From Haloferax volcanii DS2 (lineage in GTDB: Archaea; Halobacteriota; Halobacteria; Halobacteriales; Haloferacaceae): a DNA stretch of 32,000 nt. The notes under the pieces are model-generated. The model made no database searches. It was not told where the DNA came from and saw nothing but the letters and a program-made list of their open reading frames with translations. Below are positions 16,709 to 26,670 of this stretch, one piece after another. Made by a program: the position numbers and the translations under genes. Location: NCBI RefSeq assembly GCF_000025685.1, contig NC_013967.1, forward strand, positions 690,001-722,000. The letters run 5' to 3'. The stretch's first letter is position 1; every line of letters begins with the position of its first letter.

Positions 16709-17460
16709 ATGAACGCTAGTGGAGACGAATTAGCTCCCGACGTGCGCGCCATCTTGGAGGCCGCGCGGGAGCGACCCGGCGGGGAGACGCGCGTGTCGGT
16801 CGACGCGCGGTCGTTCCCCGAGGCCGTGGCCGAGACGGAGGCCGCGGGTCGGGTCCCCGTCATCGCCGAGGTGAAGCCCACGAGTCCGACGACCGAGGGC
16901 GTCCGCGAGGACGACCCGGTCGAACTGGCCCGCGAGATGGTCGCCGGCGGCGCGACGGCGCTGTCGGTCCTCACCGAACCCGAGCACTTCGGAGGCTCCG
17001 CCGAGTCGCTGCGGCGCATCCGCGAGGCCGTCGACGTGCCCGTGCTCCGCAAGGACTTCATCATGAACGAGGCCCAACTGGATGTCGTCCAGTCCGACCT
17101 CGTGCTCCTCATCGCGCGGTTCGTCGGCGAGGACCTCCCGGCCCTCGTCGAGGCGGCCCGCGACCGCGGCTTCCAGCCGCTCGTGGAGGTCCATACGCGC
17201 GAGGAACTCACGGCGGCGCTCGCGGCCGGTGCCGACATCGTCGGCATCAACAACCGCGACCTCGGGAAGCTGGAAGTCGACCTCGGCACGTTCGAGGAAC
17301 TCGCGCCCGAAGCGCCCGAGGACGTGCTTCTCGTGGCCGAAAGCGGCGTGCAGACGGTCGACGACGCGCGGCGGATGCGCGAGGCCGGTGCCGACGCCCT
17401 CCTCGTCGGGACCGCCATCATGGACGGCGACGTGCGACAGAACACGGAGACACTCACACA

Positions 17461-17464
<4 letters not shown>
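16709..17464 (+). CDS. trpC: indole-3-glycerol-phosphate synthase
   Basis: [28 protein letters not shown] and INNRDL motifs. Confidence 0.92.
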
Positions 17465-18728
<1,264 letters not shown>

Positions 18729-18729
<1 letters not shown>

Positions 18730-19562
18730 TGTCGCTCGAAGACGCCTTCTCCGACGGCCCGGCGTTCGTCCCCTATCTTGCCGCCGGCGACCCCGACTAC
18801 GAGTCCTCGCTCGAATACGTCGAGGCGCTCGAACGCGGCGGCGCGGACGTCATCGAACTCGGACTTCCGTTCTCGGAGCCCATCGCCGAGGGGCCGACCA
18901 TCCAGAACGCGGTTGTTCGGTCGCTCGAAGGCGGCATGACGCCGACGCGCTTTTTCGAGTTCGTCGAGGACCTCGACGTGTCGGTGCCGCTGGTCTGTAT
19001 GACCTACTACAACCTCATCTATCGCTACGGCGATGAACCCGGACCGCGGCCGTTCGTCGAGAAGGCGGCGGAAGTCGGTATCGAGGGCTTCGTCGTCCCC
19101 GACCTGCCGGCCGAGGAGGCCGGCCCGCTCCGCGAGGCCTGCGACGAGTTCGGCCTCGACCTCGTGTTCATCGTCGCGCCGACGACCCGCGGCGAGCGCC
19201 TCGACCGAATCATGGAACAGGTCTCGGGCTACGTCTACGTGCAGGCGCGCCTCGGCACGACGGGCGCGCAGTCGAGCGTCTCCGACCAGACCGACTCGTC
19301 GCTCGAACGACTCACCGACTACGACGTGCCCAAGGCGGTCGGCTTCGGAATCAGCGACGGCGACCACGCCGAGCGCATCGTCGCCAGCGGTGCCGACGGC
19401 ATCATCGTCGGCAGCGCGCTCGTCGACATCGTCGCCGAGGGCCACGAGAACGGCGACGACGCCGAAACGGTCGCGGACCGACTCGAAACGCTCGCCCGCG
19501 AACTCGAAGACGGTGCGGTAGCGGGCGCGTCGCAACGCCCACCGCATCCGGAACGCACATAA
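18729..19562 (+). CDS. trpA: tryptophan synthase alpha chain
   Basis: [17 protein letters not shown] motif. TGATG overlap with trpB at 18727-18731. Confidence 0.92.
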
Positions 19563-19586
19563 CTGCTCTGCCACCCTTTCTCATAC

Positions 19587-20387
19587 ATGAACACAGACGT
19601 CGGACTCTCCGCACGACTCGACCGCATTTCCACAGACGGGCGATACCTCATCGTCCCGATGGACCACGGCATCACCCTCGGCCCGGTCACGGGCCTCGTC
19701 GATATCGAATCCACTATCGACGGCATCACGCGCGGCGGCGCTGACGCCGTCCTCACGCACAAGGGGACCGCGCCGCGCGTCCACCCGAACAAAAACGGCA
19801 AAGGCTACATCGTCCACGTAAACGGCTCGACGGACATCGGCCCGGACGAAAACGACAAGCGACTCACCGGATCCGTCGAAGACGCCCTCCGCGTCGGTGC
19901 CGACGCCGTCTCCTTCCATATCAACGTCGGCTCGGACTACGAACCCGACCAGATGACGCAGCTCGCTGACCTCTGTTCTCGTGCCGCCGACTTCAGCGTG
20001 CCCGTTCTCGCAATGTCCTACGCCCGCGGCCCCGGCATCGACGAACAGGACCCCGAGGCGCTCGCCCACGCCGTCCGCCTCGCCGAGGAGGTCGGTGCCG
20101 ACGTGGTGAAGACGGCATACAGCGGCGACGCGGAGTCCTTCGGTCGCGTCGTCGAGGCCACGCGCCTGCCGGTCGTCATCGCCGGCGGCAGTCGCGGCAC
20201 CGACCGCGAGACGGTGGAGATGGTCCGCGGCACGATGGACGCCGGCGCGGCCGGCGTCTCCATGGGTCGGTCCATCTTCCAGCACGAGAACCCCGAGGCC
20301 ATCACCCGCGCCGTCAGCGCCGTCATCCACGACGACGCAGATGTGGACACCGCGCTCGAACGCGCCGGGCTCGGCATCGAGGCGTAA
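19587..20387 (+). CDS. aroA': DhnA-type class I aldolase family; 2-amino-3,7-dideoxy-D-threo-hept-6-ulosonate synthase (archaeal shikimate entry step)
   Basis: IVPMDHG, VKTAY (Schiff-base Lys region) and GGS motifs. It lies 24 nt after trpA and near a type II dehydroquinate synthase gene. Confidence 0.8.
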   Translation: MNTDVGLSARLDRISTDGRYLIVPMDHGITLGPVTGLVDIESTIDGITRGGADAVLTHKGTAPRVHPNKNGKGYIVHVNGSTDIGPDENDKRLTGSVEDALRVGADAVSFHINVGSDYEPDQMTQLADLCSRAADFSVPVLAMSYARGPGIDEQDPEALAHAVRLAEEVGADVVKTAYSGDAESFGRVVEATRLPVVIAGGSRGTDRETVEMVRGTMDAGAAGVSMGRSIFQHENPEAITRAVSAVIHDDADVDTALERAGLGIEA

Positions 20388-20479
20388 CGCGACTCGCGAT
20401 TCGCGGCGTTCCGACGGGGTTCTGTTTTCCCGACACCGCTGGCCTACAACTAGATACCCGCCGAGCGCGAACGCTACCC

Positions 20480-20893
20480 ATGCGCGTCACCATGTGGGGG
20501 TTCGCGGTCGAGGTAGACGACCGACGTATCGACTGTGCTGCCGACTCGCTCCGAAACCAACTCGTCGAGTACGAACGCGGGGAGCGCCGCGAGTTCGACG
20601 TGGACGTGCGATTTCCCGACTCCTTTACCGGCGACGTGATGCGCGTGATGGCGTCGATTCCGTACGGCGAGACCCGAACGTACGGCGAGGTTGCGGCCGA
20701 ACTCGACAGCCACGCGGTCGCCGTCGGACAGGCCTGTGGACGGAACCCGGTCCCGCTCGTCGTCCCGTGCCACCGCGTCGTCGGCGCGGGCTCTCTCGGC
20801 GGCTTCTCCGCGGCCGGCGGCGTCGACCTGAAGCGCGCGCTTCTCGACCGCGAGCGCGGCGCGGTCCAGACGGGGCTGGACCGATTTGACTGA
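20480..20893 (+). CDS. ogt: methylated-DNA--protein-cysteine methyltransferase
   Basis: IPYGETRTYGEVA...GRNPVPLVVPCHRVV; catalytic Cys codon TGC at 20768-20770. Confidence 0.85.
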   Translation: MRVTMWGFAVEVDDRRIDCAADSLRNQLVEYERGERREFDVDVRFPDSFTGDVMRVMASIPYGETRTYGEVAAELDSHAVAVGQACGRNPVPLVVPCHRVVGAGSLGGFSAAGGVDLKRALLDRERGAVQTGLDRFD

Positions 20894-21493
20894 TTTCATA
20901 TCGCCGTACTCGGTTTATTGACTGTCGAACCGGCCGGGCGCTGTCGTGGTCGGTGTGGTGCGAGCGCCGTGCGCGCACCCAAGAATCGGTTTCTCCAGGT
21001 TCTGACGCGTCGTTCGCGGAACCGCGTTCGTGACTCGACGGTCGTTATCTGTCCGGTCGTTGCCAACTTCGCCGACAGCGTGAGACAGGACTCCATATTC
21101 GATTCCGACCGCGTCTATCGTCTTCCAGCCTCGAACCCTGGCGTTCCGCATCATGGACGGGTTCCACGCGGTCGATTCCAGCGACCCTCTCGACCCGGTG
21201 GGCAGCGTGGACGAATCACCTCCGTTTCGGCCTCGAACGTCGGCGGTTGGGATTCGATGTAGTCGCTGTGTTCTATGTTCGGCACTGACGAACTCGGTGA
21301 CTGACACACCGGTGACGACGCGCTCACGTTCACGCGCGACCTGCTGTCTTTCGAGGTTGCAGGCACACTGACCCGAGTCGGGACGACCAAACCGCCGACT
21401 CGGTGGGAGTTGAGAGTAACTGAGTGAGGCGAGTCGCCGCTCCCGCTTGACTCGCGTCGGCGGTTGGAATCGTCGTCCGACCGTCGACTCTGC

Positions 21494-21539
21494 CCTGAAT
21501 TCACTCTAATAAATCGTATGGCGCGATATAGAATTCAGG
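21494..21539. promoter_or_regulatory. perfect 9-bp inverted repeat CCTGAATTC...GAATTCAGG bracketing a 28-bp AT-rich core
   Basis: Arms at 21494-21502 and 21531-21539. The core ACTCTAATAAATCGTATGGCGCGATATA contains two TATA-like elements. About 105 bp upstream of the aroB' ATG. Confidence 0.5.
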
Positions 21540-21643
21540 TGGGGCGCTCAAGCGTCCCGGCCCGTCGCTGTCCGTTCGCTATCCGCTCGCCGTCCGTTGG
21601 TTCATTCGCCACGTTCAAGCCCGCCCACCGAGTGAAGTCGATA

Positions 21644-22822
21644 ATGACACGAAGCGTCTGGCTCAAAGCCGACGACGCGGTCGGCGACTGGGAGACGCGG
21701 AAGCGACGCATCACGGCCGGACTGGAAGCCGGCGTCGACTGGGTCCTCGTCGACGAGGCCGACGTCGAGCGGATGCGCGAACTCGGCGATGTCAACATCG
21801 CCGCGTTCCGGACCGACGCAGACGTCCACGTGATGGAAGCAGAGGAAGACGACGGAGAGCCCGCGGCGCTCGCCGACGCCTACATCGTCGGCAAGGACGG
21901 CGAGGGCGACGCGACCGTCGAACTCCCCTCGGACTTCTCCGGGTCTGCCGACCTGACGACGCTCCGCCGCGGCGACGACCTCGCAAACGGCTCGTACGTT
22001 CGCATCCTGAGCAAAGACTACGAGGCGTTCGCCGAGGAGGCCGCCCGCGACGGCGATTACACCATCGTCATCGGCGAGGACTGGACCATCATCCCGCTGG
22101 AGAACCTCATCGCCCGCATCGGCGAGGAGACCGACCTCATCGCTGGCGTCACGACCGCCGAGGAGGCCAAAACCGCCTTCGAGACGCTCGAACTCGGCTC
22201 CGACGGCGTCCTCCTCGACAGCGACGACCCCGACGAGATTCGAAAGACCGTCGAGGTCCGCGACGAGGCCGAACGCGAGTCGCTCGACCTCGTCTGGGCC
22301 GAGGTCACAGAGGTCGAACGCACGGGCATGGCCGACCGCGTCTGCGTCGATACGGGCACGATTATGGACCACGACGAGGGGATGCTCGTCGGTTCGATGG
22401 CCCGCGGCCTGTTCTTCGTCCACGCCGAGACGGCGAAGTCTCCGTACGTCGCGTCTCGGCCGTTTAGAGTCAACGCCGGCGCGGTCCACGCCTACGCGCG
22501 GACCCCCGACGGCGGCACGGTCTACCTCTCCGAACTCGAAAGCGGCGACGAGGTACAGCTCATCGACACGAACGGCAGCACCCGCGAGGCCATCGTCGGG
22601 CGCGTAAAAATCGAAAAGCGGCCGATGTTTCGCATCTCCGCGGACTACGAGGGCGACCGCGTCACGACGCTCCTCCAGAACGCCGAGACAATCAAGGTCC
22701 ACACCCGCGAGGGTCGGACCGCGGTCACCGACCTCGAACCCGGCGACGAGATGCTCATCTACTACGAAGACACGGCGCGCCACTTCGGTGAGGCTGTCGA
22801 AGAGAGCATCATCGAGAAGTAA
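21644..22822 (+). CDS. aroB': 3-dehydroquinate synthase type II (archaeal)
   Basis: About 392 aa. The N-terminus VWLKADDAVGDWETRK and the overall pattern match the archaeal DHQ synthase II family as I remember it. ATG at 21644; the ORF-track upstream extension has low GC3. Confidence 0.8.
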   Translation: MTRSVWLKADDAVGDWETRKRRITAGLEAGVDWVLVDEADVERMRELGDVNIAAFRTDADVHVMEAEEDDGEPAALADAYIVGKDGEGDATVELPSDFSGSADLTTLRRGDDLANGSYVRILSKDYEAFAEEAARDGDYTIVIGEDWTIIPLENLIARIGEETDLIAGVTTAEEAKTAFETLELGSDGVLLDSDDPDEIRKTVEVRDEAERESLDLVWAEVTEVERTGMADRVCVDTGTIMDHDEGMLVGSMARGLFFVHAETAKSPYVASRPFRVNAGAVHAYARTPDGGTVYLSELESGDEVQLIDTNGSTREAIVGRVKIEKRPMFRISADYEGDRVTTLLQNAETIKVHTREGRTAVTDLEPGDEMLIYYEDTARHFGEAVEESIIEK

Positions 22823-22835
22823 CGGACGGAACGCG

Positions 22836-22841
22836 TTTTTT
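22836..22841 (+). terminator. oligo-T (T6) archaeal termination signal after aroB'
   Basis: GCGTTTTTTCGG, 14 nt after the aroB' stop codon. Confidence 0.5.
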
Positions 22842-22891
22842 CGGACTCGAACGCAGCGTCGCGCGCAGCGGCGGGCGTTCGTCGACGTTCT

Positions 22892-23287
22892 CTATCCTTC
22901 GACCGTGTACCATTCGAGCTCCGTCGCACACCACGGACAGAAGTCGAGGTTCCGGTCGAGTTCCCCGCCGCAGACCGGGCAGGCCGGCTCGCCGTTCGCG
23001 TTGCGGCCGCGCGGGCGGCTTCCGACGCGGTAGGCGTCGAGCGCGCTCAGAAACAGCAGTCCGAGAACGGGGAACAGCACCTCTCTGGGAAGCGAGTCCA
23101 CCGTCACGGTCGCCGGGTCGGTGAACGTCGAGAGCAACACCAGTCCCGCGCCGACGACGAAGGTGAACCACGCAATTGCGCGTCGCCACTCGCGGAGGTA
23201 GACGTGGCCCGCCCCGGCGATTCCGAGCGAGGCACCAACCACGCCGACGAGGGCGGCGACGAACGCGCGACGACGAGCATCGGGCAT
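22892..23287 (-). CDS. membrane protein (2 TM) with a C-terminal zinc ribbon
   Basis: Two hydrophobic helices followed by CPVCGGEL...CPWCATEL. ATG at 23285-23287. Confidence 0.7.
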   Translation of the reverse strand: MPDARRRAFVAALVGVVGASLGIAGAGHVYLREWRRAIAWFTFVVGAGLVLLSTFTDPATVTVDSLPREVLFPVLGLLFLSALDAYRVGSRPRGRNANGEPACPVCGGELDRNLDFCPWCATELEWYTVEG

Positions 23288-23402
23288 CGTTCGTTGGCGT
23301 CGTCGTCCGCGCTCTTAAACGTCTGGATTGTCGGACAGTCAGCAACTCACTACCGAATCCCGCCGATGGCGTCTGAAACTCTCGAATTCGAGTTGTTCGA
23401 CC

Positions 23403-24497
23403 TCAGTCGGTCGTCGTCGCGTCTTCCGAGAGTTCGGAGCGCTCCGACGCCGCGGCCGCCTCGGTCCCGTCGAACGGCTCGTGTTCGACGGCGAACTCGC
23501 GGTTCGCGCCGTCGGCCGACGCCTCGACCGACGACACTCGGTACAGACGGATGCGGCGCTCCTGTTTCGTCACGACCGGGAAGTCGTAGTGTTCGGCGTC
23601 GTGACTGGGGGGCTCGTCGCGGCCGGCGACGAACTCGCGGTGGGCGTCGAGTCGGCGTTCGACCTCCGCGTGCGAGCGTTCCGGGAGGTCGTCGAGTCGG
23701 CGTTCGAACCCCAAGACGAGGTCGGCGTCGAGGTCGTAGCCGACGGAGTCCCGGCCGGCGAGCATGGCCGCGAGCGTCGTGGTCCCGGTGCCGACGAAGG
23801 GGTCGAAGACGGTGTCGCCGTAGACCGAGTACATCCGAATCAGGCGCAGCGGCAGTTCGACGGGAAACGCCGCCGAGCGCTCTCTGGCCCCCGAATCGAG
23901 GCGCTGGTCGGTCCCGCTGAACTCCCAGAGGTCGGAGAACCAGCGGTTGCGCTCCTCCCAGAAGAAGGCGCTCTCGTAGCGCCGGTCGTCGCCCGGAGGG
24001 AACGACCGCGGGTCGCCCTTCCGAACCACCAGCACGTACTCGTGTTCGAGGGTGACGTAGGCGTTCGTCGGGAGCGTCCCCGAACCCATGAACTTCGTCA
24101 GGCGGTTCGTCGGCTTCCGCCAGACGGCGTCCGGAAGCGGCGTCAGTCCGCGCTCGCCGAGCGCCGTGAGCACGCGGGCGTGGTTGGGGTACTGGCGAAA
24201 CGACCCGTCGAGGCTCCGAGTCGCGTCACCGACGTTCACGCAGGCGACCCCGCCGGGCGCGAGCACGCGGGCCACCTCGTCCCAGACGGCGTCGAGCTGT
24301 TCGTGCATCGCCTCGAACGCGGCGTCGCCGTCGCCCGCGTCGAGCGCCGCGTCGACGGCGTCGTCGCGCGCCGAAAAGAGGTCGTCCCACATCTCTATCA
24401 TGGGGTAGGGTGGCGACGTGACGACGAGGTTCACGCTCTCGTCGGCGAGTCCGGTGTCGGCGGCGTCGCCCACCGTGAGGGCGTGCGTCGTGCGCAT
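23403..24497 (-). CDS. zim: beta-class N4/N6 DNA methyltransferase, CTAG-modification (Zim-like) type
   Basis: Motif IV TSPPY lies upstream of motif I DPFVGTGTT, the beta-class order. The ATG at 24495-24497 is preferred over the TTG ORF-track start. CTAG specificity is inferred from my recollection of the H. volcanii/Halobacterium orthologue, not from the sequence. Confidence 0.8.
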   Translation of the reverse strand: MRTTHALTVGDAADTGLADESVNLVVTSPPYPMIEMWDDLFSARDDAVDAALDAGDGDAAFEAMHEQLDAVWDEVARVLAPGGVACVNVGDATRSLDGSFRQYPNHARVLTALGERGLTPLPDAVWRKPTNRLTKFMGSGTLPTNAYVTLEHEYVLVVRKGDPRSFPPGDDRRYESAFFWEERNRWFSDLWEFSGTDQRLDSGARERSAAFPVELPLRLIRMYSVYGDTVFDPFVGTGTTTLAAMLAGRDSVGYDLDADLVLGFERRLDDLPERSHAEVERRLDAHREFVAGRDEPPSHDAEHYDFPVVTKQERRIRLYRVSSVEASADGANREFAVEHEPFDGTEAAAASERSELSEDATTTD

Positions 24498-24560
24498 CGT
24501 ACGGACGTATTTCCCCCGAAACAAAACCCTTCGCCTCGGCGCGGGGGTCCGACTCGGTCC

Positions 24561-25568
24561 TCAGACGAGGCCGAGGTTCTCCTCGGCTTCGAGGAGTTCG
24601 TGGTAGCGGTTGCGGATGGTGACCTCGGAGATGTCGGCCACGTCGCTGACGGCGGCCTGCGTCGTCTTCTCGTTGGTGAGGAGGGCGGCGGCGTAGACGG
24701 CGGCGGCGGCGAGGCCGACCGGCGACTTACCCGAGTGGACGCCCTTCTCCTTGGCGTTCTTCAGGAGTTGGCGCGCGCGCATCTTCGACTCGTCGGAGAG
24801 GCCGAGCTCGCTGGCGAACCGCGGGACGTACTGCTCGGGGTCGGCGGGCTTGACTTCGAGCGAGAGTTCGCGGGCGATGTAGCGATAGGTGCGGGCGACC
24901 TCGCTCTTCTCGACGCGCGAGACCTCCGCGATTTCGTCGAGCGAGCGCGGGACGCCGGCCATGCGGGCGGCGGCGTAGGTACACGACGTGGCGACGCCCT
25001 CGATGGAGCGACCGGGCAGCAGGTCGTCGTCGAGCGCGCGGCGGTAGATGACCGAGGCGGTCTCGCGGACGTTCTCGGGGAGGCCGAGCGCCGAGGCCAT
25101 GCGGTCGATTTCGCCGAGCGCCTGCTTGAGGTTGCGCTCCTTGGAGTCGCGGGTGCGGAACCGCTCGTTCCACTTGCGGAGCCGCTGCATCTTCTGGCGC
25201 TGGCGCGCGCCCAGCGAGTTCCCGTACGCGTCGCGGTCGCGCCAGTCGATGTTGGTCGACAGCCCCTTGTCGTGCATCGTGTTGGTCGTCGGCGCGCCGA
25301 CGCGGGACTTCTCGTCTTTCTCGCGGGCGTCGAACGCGCGCCACTCGGGGCCGCGGTCGACGGAGTCGGCGGTCACGACGAGGCCGCAGTCGTTACAGAC
25401 GGTCTCGCCGTGTTCGTCGTCGGTGACGACGTGACCGCCGCACTCGGGGCACTGAAGCGTGTCGCCCTTCGTCTCTTCCTGTTCGGTCTCGGCCTCCTGT
25501 CGGCCGTTCTGCGTGTTTCGTTCCTGCTCCTGTGCGCCGGGGTTTCGGGTCCAGATTCGTTCACTCAT
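24561..25568 (-). CDS. tfb: transcription initiation factor IIB (TFB)
   Basis: Zinc ribbon CPECGG...CNDCG, B-finger region and two cyclin-fold repeats. Confidence 0.92.
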   Translation of the reverse strand: MSERIWTRNPGAQEQERNTQNGRQEAETEQEETKGDTLQCPECGGHVVTDDEHGETVCNDCGLVVTADSVDRGPEWRAFDAREKDEKSRVGAPTTNTMHDKGLSTNIDWRDRDAYGNSLGARQRQKMQRLRKWNERFRTRDSKERNLKQALGEIDRMASALGLPENVRETASVIYRRALDDDLLPGRSIEGVATSCTYAAARMAGVPRSLDEIAEVSRVEKSEVARTYRYIARELSLEVKPADPEQYVPRFASELGLSDESKMRARQLLKNAKEKGVHSGKSPVGLAAAAVYAAALLTNEKTTQAAVSDVADISEVTIRNRYHELLEAEENLGLV

Positions 25569-25843
25569 GGATACGACGGCGGGTGCTCCGGGAATGGGTG
25601 GTTAGAGGCGGCTAGAACCCGGATGCTGTCCGTAACACCAGCAACCGCAGACGACCGCATAAATGGTTTGGTATCGCTTTCGGCAGCGGCGGCGTTCACC
25701 CGTGCGAGGCTATCACACGAGTGATTGAGGTTCGTGAGGGATTCGAGACCTCGCCGGCGACTCATCGGTGACGCTCCGCCGGCGTCCCGGCGGCCGACGA
25801 CGCGACACATACTTTTCACGAAGGTGCGTTGCTACGACTACAC

Positions 25844-26650
25844 ATGGCCGCGACCCCCCGCGTCGTCTCGCTCGCGCCGAGCGCGACAGCGATTCTCACC
25901 GCCGCCGGTCTCGACGCCCACGTCGTCGGGGCGACCGTTCACTCGTCGACCGACAAGCCGGTCGTCGGCGGCTGGCTGAACCCCGATTTCGACCGGGTCG
26001 ACGACCTCGACGCCGACGCCGTCTGCACCTGCGACGACCTCCAGTCGGACGTCGCGACGGCGGCCCGCGACCGCGGCTACGACGTGGTTCACGTCGCGCC
26101 CGCGACGCTCGACGAGGTGCTCGACTCGTTTCCCGTCGTCTGCGACGCCGCGGGCGACGCCGGTGCGGGGGCGGCGCTCGCCGACGACTGCCGCGACCAC
26201 CTCGCCCGCGTCGCCGACGCGGTCGCCGGCCGCGACCGCCCGGCCGTCTACTGCGAGGAGTGGGCCGACCCGCCGATGGCCGCGGGCAACTGGGTTCCCG
26301 ACCTCGTCCGCGTCGCCGGCGGTACCGCTCCGCTCGTCGCGCCCGGTGAGCGGTCCGCCGAAGTCGACCCCGAGACCGTCGCGGCCGCCGACCCCGACCA
26401 CGTGATTCTCCATCCCTGCGGAAAAGGCGAGCGCGGCGACCCCGAGGCGTTCGACGCTCGCGGGTGGAATCTCGACGCCGCGGTCCACGCCGTCGACGAC
26501 TCGCTTCTCAATCAGCCGAGTCCCGCCGTCGTCTCGGGCGTCGACCGCCTCGCGCGGCTGTTGCACCCCGACGCCGACCTCCCCGAGCCGTGGGCGGCCG
26601 CGTCCGAGACTGCGACCGCGACCCCGACCGAATCCGACGAAGGGAAATAA
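25844..26650 (+). CDS. BtuF/periplasmic-binding-protein-fold (class III SBP-like) protein without a signal sequence
   Basis: PRVVSLAPSATAILTAAGL is the typical N-terminal strand-helix of PF01497-type binding proteins. No hydrophobic leader or lipobox follows the ATG at 25844. Confidence 0.7.
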   Translation: MAATPRVVSLAPSATAILTAAGLDAHVVGATVHSSTDKPVVGGWLNPDFDRVDDLDADAVCTCDDLQSDVATAARDRGYDVVHVAPATLDEVLDSFPVVCDAAGDAGAGAALADDCRDHLARVADAVAGRDRPAVYCEEWADPPMAAGNWVPDLVRVAGGTAPLVAPGERSAEVDPETVAAADPDHVILHPCGKGERGDPEAFDARGWNLDAAVHAVDDSLLNQPSPAVVSGVDRLARLLHPDADLPEPWAAASETATATPTESDEGK

Positions 26651-26670
26651 CCGGGCGACGCGCTTCCGAC

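Noticed and set aside
20915-21504. Minus-strand ORFs of 130 aa and 117 aa (and the plus-strand 20918-21262 and 21153-21371) as real genes
   Set aside because: They have mediocre GC3, basic Ser/Arg/Thr-rich products, no motif I recognise and mutually overlapping frames. I kept the region as an unexplained finding and did not annotate a CDS.
23328-25724. 798-aa plus-strand ORF antisense to the methyltransferase and tfb
   Set aside because: Shadow frame. The minus strand has the SPPY/FxGxG methyltransferase motifs and the TFB zinc ribbon and cyclin folds.
25721-25755. tRNA-like T-arm impression (GGTTCGTGAGGGATTCGAGACC)
   Set aside because: No complementary 5-bp T-stem flanks a TTCRANY loop. 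No acceptor or anticodon stems could be built on either strand.
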